Below, in pieces: positions 48,461 through 54,792 of a DNA stretch of 64,000 nucleotides. Position 1 is the stretch's first letter; the number at the start of each line of letters is the position of its first letter. This DNA comes from an uncultured Gemmatimonadales bacterium (lineage in GTDB: Bacteria > Gemmatimonadota > Gemmatimonadetes > Gemmatimonadales > GWC2-71-9). A program made the translations under genes and the position numbers. The notes under the pieces are model-generated. The model worked only from the letters and a program-made list of their open reading frames with translations. It searched no databases and had not been told where the DNA came from. The DNA lies in NCBI GenBank assembly GCA_963846545.1, contig CAWJWG010000003.1:622192-686191 (forward strand), given 5' to 3'.

Positions 48461-49324
48461 CTAGACCCGTGCCCCGGTGAGGGATTCACGCATCGCCGCG
48501 GCGGTTTGCCAGCGCTCCTCGGGCGGCTTGGCCAGGGCCCGGGCGATGCCCTCGGCCAGCTCCCGTGGGGTGTCGGGCCGCAGGGTGCGGAGATCGGGCG
48601 CGGGCTGGGTGAGGTGGAGCTGGAGGACGACCGCCTCGTTCCGGTGGGTGAACGGCGGCTGCCCCGCCAGGCACTCGAAGAGGACGCAGCCGAGCGAGTA
48701 GATGTCGCTTCTGTGGTCGATCTCCTTGAGTGCGGTGATCTGCTCGGGGCTCATGTAGGTGGACGTGCCGACGGCGATGCCTGACCGGGTGAGCCGATCG
48801 CTGCCCGAGGCCGCGACCGCGCGGGCGATCCCGAAGTCCAGCAGGACCGCACCCTCGGGGGCGACTACCACGTTCTCCGGCTTCACGTCGCGGTGGACGA
48901 TGCCGTGCCCGTGGGCGTGGTCCAGCGCGTCGAGCAGGTTGTCGGCCAGGCGGAGCGCCTCGCCGATCGGCATCCGGCTCACCCGGCCCAGGTGCTCGCG
49001 AAGGGTGGGACCCTCCACGTACGTCATGACGTAGTAGACGATCCAGTCGCGCTCGCCGGAGTCGAGCAGATGGGCGATGAGGGGATGTTCGAGCTGGGAG
49101 CAGAGCCGGATTTCCCGGAGGAAGCGGTCGGCGGCGACGCTGACCAGCAGCTCCGGATGCAGGACCTTCAGGGCGACTTGGCGGCCGTCGGCATCGCGGG
49201 CGAGATAGATGCGGGCGTTCCCGCCCTTCCCGATCTCGCGCTCGACTCGGTACTGGCCCTCGAATGCGCGCTGCACCAGCGCCAGCATGTCCCGCGGAAT
49301 GGCCCGGTCCCCGTGATGGATCAT
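48461..49324 (-). CDS. Ser/Thr protein kinase, kinase domain only
   Basis: ORF of 287 aa with GKGGNARIY, VALK, HRDVKPENVVV, DFGIA and SPEQ. It has no sensor or TM region. It lies 52 nt downstream of the M50-HlyD gene. Confidence 0.9.
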   Translation of the reverse strand: MIHHGDRAIPRDMLALVQRAFEGQYRVEREIGKGGNARIYLARDADGRQVALKVLHPELLVSVAADRFLREIRLCSQLEHPLIAHLLDSGERDWIVYYVMTYVEGPTLREHLGRVSRMPIGEALRLADNLLDALDHAHGHGIVHRDVKPENVVVAPEGAVLLDFGIARAVAASGSDRLTRSGIAVGTSTYMSPEQITALKEIDHRSDIYSLGCVLFECLAGQPPFTHRNEAVVLQLHLTQPAPDLRTLRPDTPRELAEGIARALAKPPEERWQTAAAMRESLTGARV

Positions 49325-49376
49325 TCAATGGTCGCGCCTGAGCCCCCGGGGCGCAAGGCGCGGCGTCACGCGGAGT

Positions 49377-51431
49377 TCAGAACAGCACGTCGGTTCGGAT
49401 TCGGCTCCGGAGGGCCCACCAGAGGGAGCCCCAGATGTTGCTCTGCCGCAGCGTGATACGGGCCTCGCCGGTCATTCCGGGACGCAGGGTTTCGGCCGGA
49501 AGCCGGATGCGAGACTCCACGACGCCATCGGGTGAGGCCGATGCGGCCACACTGCCCACGGCCGCCTCGGCACGGACCCGCGGGTCTGCGCGCGCGATCA
49601 GACGAGCGGGTTGGCCCTGGCGGACCAGGGAGGCACCGGCCCGGTCCAAGGCGACGCGAGCCTCGATCCCGTTCCCCCTCACCCGGAGCAGCGTATCCCC
49701 GATCGAGACCGTCTTTCCGACCAGGGTGTCGGGGCGGGGAGATGTGACGATCCCCGATTCCGGGGCTCGGATCACCAGCGACCGTATCCGGTTCTCCATC
49801 CCGGCTAGACGGGCGGCCTCGGCGCCCCCCTGAGCCGTGATGCGAGCGACGTCTCCTTCCTGGCCCATCGCACGGGCCTGTGCGGCGCGCAGGTCGAGCG
49901 AGTCCACGGCGAGCGACGTCGCCGCCGCGGCGCGCTCGAGCTCGAGGTTTCGGATCAATGCCAACGGGGCGCCCGCACCGACCCGGCTCCCCTCCCTGAC
50001 CAGCACCTCGACCACCACGCCGCTGTCGGGGGCCACCAGGATCCCGCTGACGGTCGGGGAGACCACGAAAGGTCCCACCACCGTGATGGGCCAGGGGAGC
50101 AACCCCGCCACGGCGAGGCCCAGTGCGCCGGCGCCGAGCCCGGATTGGACCCGCCGCATCCGCCCGCTGGCCGACCATCTTGCCCGGGTCTCCCGCCACG
50201 CATCCGCCAGGGTCTGACGGAGACTTCGACGGATCGAGCGGGTCGTGAGCCAGACGAGCACCACGAGTGCGGCGACGCCGACCGCCCCGAAGACACGCGA
50301 CAGCCAGCCGTACGCGATCGCCCCGGCGACGAAGAACACCATCCCGGTGTATGCGGTGGCGAGGATGCCGTACAGCAGGAAGATCCGCTGCTCCCGCTCG
50401 TCGGCCGGCGGCATCGGCAGGTCCTGGCCGAGCCAGCGACTTCGAATGGTCCAGGCGAGATGGGCGAACGCTCGCTGGCGCAGGTTCGGCACCTCCAGCC
50501 AGTCGCTCAACGCGTAGTACCCGTCCAATGGGATCAGTGGGTTCAGGTTCACCAGGACGGCGGCGAGCCCCCCGACCAGGAAGAACGCCAGACCGACATC
50601 GGAGAGAAACGTGCCGGGCGCGGCGATCCACCAGACGATCGCCGCGATACTCGCCACGACCATCTCGATCCACGACCCCGCCGCGGTGACCCACAGGCGC
50701 GCCTTTCGCTCGGGGAAGGTCCAGGCGTCGTTCACGTTGCAGAAGAAGGCAAGCTCGAAGTAGAAGATCATCGCTCCGATCTCGTGCACCTTCCCGCCGA
50801 AGTACTTGCAGGTGTACCCGTGCGCCATCTCGTGCACCGCGACGATCACCATCGTCACCGCCCAGAGGAGCACGTAGTCCCGCAGCGAGGCGCGCAGCAG
50901 GTAGACGTCGCCCATCTCCTTCACGAACTCCGACCACTTGAGCGCCAGGATCGCGAAATACACCGCGAACAGGGCGACGGAGGTCATCAGGAAGCCGCGG
51001 CTGAAGAAGACCTTCAGGTAGGGAAGGGTCCGGTCCATGAATCGGTCGGGGTCGCCGACCGACCAGCGCAAGCGGAGGAGATCGCCCTGAAACGGGCCGG
51101 TGCGCAGCCGCTTTCGTCGCTGTGCCCGCAGCCGCTCCATCAGCACCACGGTGCTCTCCCGCAGCGTCCGCTCGCAAAGGCCCATCGTCTTGAGCTTCTC
51201 GGCGAACCGCGCGACCGTCGCGGCGGTGACCTTGATCCCCTGCTCGGCGAGCGATGCGGCCGCCTCGCCGGGGCTACGCAGGCCATCCAGCGATTGCATT
51301 ACCGCGACCTCGAGCGGACGGAAGCGAAAATACTTTCGGGTGGACGGATCCTTGACGATGAAGCTCTGCTCGCCCCGGTACGTCTGCTCCACCAGGACCA
51401 GGTCGGTGCGCAGACGGGGCTGTTCCGTCAT
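49377..51431 (-). CDS. Fusion protein: PqqD/RRE-like N-terminal domain + M50 (site-2-protease) membrane metalloprotease + C-terminal HlyD-type adaptor domain
   Basis: ORF of 684 aa. Its ATG overlaps the upstream stop (ATGA). It has HEMAH at codons 200-204 (nt 50820-50834) and NLNPLIPLDGY (the NxxPxxxLDG motif), with multiple TM segments. The C-terminal 230 aa form a lipoyl-like, short coiled-coil and barrel arrangement ending NIWGSLWWALRSRIRTDVLF. Confidence 0.85.
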   Translation of the reverse strand: MTEQPRLRTDLVLVEQTYRGEQSFIVKDPSTRKYFRFRPLEVAVMQSLDGLRSPGEAAASLAEQGIKVTAATVARFAEKLKTMGLCERTLRESTVVLMERLRAQRRKRLRTGPFQGDLLRLRWSVGDPDRFMDRTLPYLKVFFSRGFLMTSVALFAVYFAILALKWSEFVKEMGDVYLLRASLRDYVLLWAVTMVIVAVHEMAHGYTCKYFGGKVHEIGAMIFYFELAFFCNVNDAWTFPERKARLWVTAAGSWIEMVVASIAAIVWWIAAPGTFLSDVGLAFFLVGGLAAVLVNLNPLIPLDGYYALSDWLEVPNLRQRAFAHLAWTIRSRWLGQDLPMPPADEREQRIFLLYGILATAYTGMVFFVAGAIAYGWLSRVFGAVGVAALVVLVWLTTRSIRRSLRQTLADAWRETRARWSASGRMRRVQSGLGAGALGLAVAGLLPWPITVVGPFVVSPTVSGILVAPDSGVVVEVLVREGSRVGAGAPLALIRNLELERAAAATSLAVDSLDLRAAQARAMGQEGDVARITAQGGAEAARLAGMENRIRSLVIRAPESGIVTSPRPDTLVGKTVSIGDTLLRVRGNGIEARVALDRAGASLVRQGQPARLIARADPRVRAEAAVGSVAASASPDGVVESRIRLPAETLRPGMTGEARITLRQSNIWGSLWWALRSRIRTDVLF

Positions 51432-52411
51432 GGACCGTTCCGGACCACCTTCTCGCCACGGGCCAGGCCACTCACCACCTCGATTCGTTCGCCCGGCAGC
51501 TCCCCGCCGACCGTCACCTGCCGAAGCGACGTGCGGTCGGCGTCCCAGACCAGTGCGTACCCCTCCTCGATGGCCTCCCGTGGCACCGCGACCACTCGAC
51601 GCATCTCCGAGCCCATCTTCAGGGTGACGCTGCTTCCCGGCGGCAGTCGGTCCCCGTCGACCAGCTGAAGGACGACTTCCCGAGTACCGCTGGCAGGATC
51701 GATCACCGGACTGGCGCGAACCACCCGGGCCCGGGCGCGCTCGCCCCGCGGTCCCAGCACCACCGCTTCGGCACCCAGCTTTACCCCGAACGCGGAAGTC
51801 TCCGGCAGCCGGACCGAGGCGAGCACCGGACTCAAGGCCGTGAGGTGGAAGAGCGAGTCGCCATCCGAAACGAGTCGGCCGATCCGGGCGCTGCGTCCGG
51901 TCACGATGCCGCCGAAGGGGGCCACGATACGGGTGAGGTCGTAGTCGCGCTGCGCCTTCTGCAGTGCCAGCGTCGCCGAGCGCAGATCGAGCTCCACCCG
52001 CTCCGAGTCGGCCTGGGTCACCACCCCCGCGGACTTGAGTGCCCGCTGCCGCTCGGCCTGGACTTCGGCGTCCGCATGCCGGTCACGCGCCTGGGCCAGG
52101 GCGATGGACTGATCCGCGCTCTCCAGCCGGGCGAGCAGCTGCCCGGCCGAGACCCTGCTCCCGAGATCCGCCCCGATGGACTCCACGATCCCCGGCGACC
52201 GAGCGTAGATCGCCGCATCGTGCTCGACGTAGAGCTGGGCTGGCAGCGACAGCGGAACGTCGACGGTAACGGTGTCCGCCGTGACCAGGGCGGTGGCCGG
52301 CGTGCCCGTTGTGACCGCCGCAGTCTCCACCGATCCCTCGCTCTCGCGAACCGACGGCTTGTCGCACGCCGCTACGGCCATCCCGAGGAAGGTGACGGCG
52401 CACAATCTCAT
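51428..52411 (-). CDS. Efflux-type periplasmic adaptor (HlyD/MFP) lipoprotein
   Basis: 327 aa from ATG 52409-52411 (ATGA overlap with the GAF-HlyD stop). It has lipobox MRLCAVTFLGMAVAAC and canonical MFP lipoyl, hairpin and barrel order. Confidence 0.85.
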   Translation of the reverse strand: MRLCAVTFLGMAVAACDKPSVRESEGSVETAAVTTGTPATALVTADTVTVDVPLSLPAQLYVEHDAAIYARSPGIVESIGADLGSRVSAGQLLARLESADQSIALAQARDRHADAEVQAERQRALKSAGVVTQADSERVELDLRSATLALQKAQRDYDLTRIVAPFGGIVTGRSARIGRLVSDGDSLFHLTALSPVLASVRLPETSAFGVKLGAEAVVLGPRGERARARVVRASPVIDPASGTREVVLQLVDGDRLPPGSSVTLKMGSEMRRVVAVPREAIEEGYALVWDADRTSLRQVTVGGELPGERIEVVSGLARGEKVVRNGP

Positions 52412-54348
52412 GACCAGATCCTCCACCACATCAGCCGGGCCCAGCGGGTCGGTCCCCGCAGCGCCCGGGTTACGGTAGACGCGGCATCGGTGAGGACCCG
52501 CGCGTGGGCGGCCATGTCCGGCTTGAGGAGGCCGTCGGGGTTGGCGATGGCGGCCCGGACCGGATAGCGAACCTGGCCGTCCTGTACCGACGGGAGCTCC
52601 CCGATCGAGATCACCCGCCCGTCGAACGTCCGGGAAGGAAGGGCATCCACCCGCAGGCGCACTTCCTGGCCCGATCGGACCCGCAGGATGTCCTCCTGCG
52701 CCACGCCGAACTCGAGCTCGAGGGTATCGGTCCGGCCCAGCACCAGCAGCTGGTCGCCCTCGGCGAGGGAGGTGCCGGTTCGCTCCTCCATTCGGGGAGT
52801 CAGCACCATGCCGGCCGCCGGCGCACGAACGGTGGTCAGCCCCAGCTCCTCGTCCAGCAGGGCCAGCGCGCGTCGCAACGCCTCGCCCCGGATCCGGTGC
52901 AGCCTCTCCTCGGCGGCGTCGCCCCGGCTGGCCGCGAGGGAGGCGAGCCGGTCGGCTGTCGCCGCGTCTCCCGCGGTGGCCTCCCGCTCGGCGGCGAGCG
53001 ACGTGGCTCGCAGCACGGCGAGCAGATCGCCTCGCTGGACCCGGCCTCCCTCCCGGACCGCGACGCGTTCGATGGTGCCGTCCACCAGCACCCGTACCGG
53101 TGTGAGAGCGTTGGGACGCAGCACAGGCTGATCTCCCGAGACCCGAAGCGGCCAGCGGATCAGTGTGATCGCCGCCAGGAGGAGCAGCGCCACCCCGGCG
53201 ATGGTCTGGATCCGGCGGCGGGGCAGGGCGAACAACGCCTGCCGGCGCGCGGCCAGGGCGCCAAGCGCGTCGACCAACGGCACCTGGTGATAGAGCTGCG
53301 CGTTGCGCAGCGCCACGCCGGTCTGGTTGGCCAGGATCGCCGCCACCTCGCGCTGAGTCTCGTTCGCGAATTCCGGGGTCGCGGACTCGAAGAGCAGCAC
53401 ACCGAGGATGCCCTCCTCATCCTTCAGCGGCAGGTAGAGCGCGCTCCGTACCTGATCGTTGGCCAGGTCCTGGCCGAAGATGGTGACGAACAGGCGCTCG
53501 GCGTCCGATGAGGGATCCTCGCGCTCGGACAGGTAGAGCGGCTCGCCTCGTCCCGCGGCCCACTCCGCCCGAGCGATCAGGTCGCGCAAACGCGGGTCAT
53601 CCGGGTTCACCTTCTCCTGCCCGGCGACGGCGCGGATCTCGCACTTGCCCTTGTCGTAGAGACCGACGGCACCGCGATCGAAGTTCAGCGCTCTCGACGC
53701 CAGGTTGACCACCGACTGGAGGACCCGGTCGATGTCGAGGGTGGCGCCGATCTCGCGGCTGATCTCCAGTAGAACCGCCAGGTCGCGGGCCCGGCTTTCG
53801 GCCCCGTGCAGCTGGGCATTTCGCAGCGAGCTGGCCGCGGCCGCCGCCAGACCCTCCAGCAGCTCGCGGTCGCGTGCGTCGAAGGCGCCGCTGCCGGTGC
53901 GCTTGTCCACCACCTGGATGGCGCCGACCGTCACCCCGCCGGCCACCATCGCCGTCGCCATGACGGTGGTGGCGATCGTATCCTCGTTGGCGTCGGTGGC
54001 CTCGCGGTACCGAGGGTCGCTCGCGGCCTCCATGACCATGGTGGTCCGCTGCTTCTGCGCCACGTCGCCGACGAATCCGGTGCCGATCGGCATCTCGGCG
54101 CCCACCAGCCGGGCGCCGGCTCCGCCGACCGCGAGCCGGCAGTGCAGCATGTCGCCCTCGGCGATCCACAGCGAGCCTCCGGCCGCGCCCACGGCCGTCA
54201 GCACCCGGTCGAACACCCGGGGCAGCAGCTGGTCGAAATCGAGGGTGGCGTTGAACTCGAGGGTGATCGAGTGCAGGAGTCGGAGCCGCTCGACCTCGAG
54301 GCGCAGTTCCTCCAGCGAGGCTGGCGGCACGCTAAGGACGTCGGGCAT
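52408..54348 (-). CDS. Tandem GAF - TM - HlyD-type adaptor fusion protein
   Basis: ORF of 646 aa with two cytoplasmic GAF modules (..GSLWIAEGDMLHC..GFVGDVA..; ..RGAVGLYDKGKCEIRAV..ALYLPLKDEEGILGVLLFES..). These are followed by a single TM (IQTIAGVALLLLAAITLI) and a periplasmic HlyD domain ending RWARLMWWRIWS. Confidence 0.85.
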   Translation of the reverse strand: MPDVLSVPPASLEELRLEVERLRLLHSITLEFNATLDFDQLLPRVFDRVLTAVGAAGGSLWIAEGDMLHCRLAVGGAGARLVGAEMPIGTGFVGDVAQKQRTTMVMEAASDPRYREATDANEDTIATTVMATAMVAGGVTVGAIQVVDKRTGSGAFDARDRELLEGLAAAAASSLRNAQLHGAESRARDLAVLLEISREIGATLDIDRVLQSVVNLASRALNFDRGAVGLYDKGKCEIRAVAGQEKVNPDDPRLRDLIARAEWAAGRGEPLYLSEREDPSSDAERLFVTIFGQDLANDQVRSALYLPLKDEEGILGVLLFESATPEFANETQREVAAILANQTGVALRNAQLYHQVPLVDALGALAARRQALFALPRRRIQTIAGVALLLLAAITLIRWPLRVSGDQPVLRPNALTPVRVLVDGTIERVAVREGGRVQRGDLLAVLRATSLAAEREATAGDAATADRLASLAASRGDAAEERLHRIRGEALRRALALLDEELGLTTVRAPAAGMVLTPRMEERTGTSLAEGDQLLVLGRTDTLELEFGVAQEDILRVRSGQEVRLRVDALPSRTFDGRVISIGELPSVQDGQVRYPVRAAIANPDGLLKPDMAAHARVLTDAASTVTRALRGPTRWARLMWWRIWS

Positions 54349-54434
54349 GCGCAGAGTATGCGCCCCGGGCGGCTGTTACGAAAGAGGCATGCCCGATGTG
54401 GTCGAGGTGGGGCCGGCTGTGCTGAAAAGCCGAA

Positions 54435-54465
54435 GCGCCGGCCCCGTTGTCATCGGGGCCGGCGC
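54435..54465 (-). terminator. Strong GC hairpin between the peptide gene and the GAF-HlyD gene (terminator/attenuator candidate)
   Basis: GCGCCGGCCCCG-ttgtcat-CGGGGCCGGCGC is a perfect 12-bp stem. On the minus-strand transcript it is followed by UUCGGCUUUUCAG. It lies 21 nt after the peptide stop and 87 nt before the next ATG. Confidence 0.5.
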
Positions 54466-54485
54466 CTCGGGTCGCTCGGGAGGGA

Positions 54486-54641
54486 CTACTTCTTGAAGCC
54501 CTTGGCCCGCGGGGCGATCCTCTCCTCCAGCTCTTCGACGGTAAGCTCGACCGCCTCGGCATCCTTCCCGGTCTCGTTCCGAACTTGCGCCTTCTGCTCG
54601 GGAGTCAACTCGATGCGGAACTGGCCCTTGGAGCTGTCCAT
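54486..54641 (-). CDS. Small 51-aa peptide (candidate precursor/substrate of the adjacent M50-HlyD machinery)
   Basis: ATG 54639-54641 is preceded by GGAGGG at 4-nt spacing. The product is MDSSKGQFRIELTPEQKAQVRNETGKDAEAVELTVEELEERIAPRAKGFKK. The track ORF (71 aa) begins further upstream without an RBS. Confidence 0.6.
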   Translation of the reverse strand: MDSSKGQFRIELTPEQKAQVRNETGKDAEAVELTVEELEERIAPRAKGFKK

Positions 54642-54713
54642 GGTACCCTCCGAAAGTGTTTTTGCGAGCCCACCAGTATTGGCGAAAGAACTAGGAAGCA
54701 ATGTCGGGAGGTG

Positions 54714-54754
54714 CCGTGAATCTTCCGTGAATCCCTATTGCCCTTCCGTGAATC
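54714..54754. promoter_or_regulatory. Three phased direct repeats CCGTGAATC in the divergent peptide/SARP promoter region
   Basis: CCGTGAATC occurs at 54714, 54725 and 54746 (spacing 11 and 21 nt). Copies 2 and 3 are extended to TTCCGTGAATC. The repeats lie 73-113 nt upstream of the peptide ATG and 39-79 nt upstream of the SARP-like GTG. Confidence 0.4.
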
Positions 54755-54792
54755 GACGGTAGTTTGGGCGTGTTACCCCCCAGGACAATTGC

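Noticed and set aside
49366-51177. 603-aa ORF in another minus-strand frame over the M50-HlyD gene, plus 50145..51668 (+)
   Set aside because: Low-complexity Arg/Gly/Asp-rich translations. The 49377..51431 frame carries HEMAH, NxxPxxxLDG and TM helices.
51615-51635. TCAGGGTGAC string inside the MFP lipoprotein gene as a third copy of the palindromic element
   Set aside because: Only the 10-mer matches, there is no partner arm or GAAGGGGACCAT core, and it lies within coding sequence. It is a chance match.
54642-54701. Upstream 20-codon extension of the small peptide ORF (MLPSSFANTGGLAKTLSEGT)
   Set aside because: There is no RBS before the 54701 start, whereas GGAGGG sits 4 nt before the internal ATG (54641). 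The shorter 51-aa product is preferred, though the longer form cannot be excluded without data.
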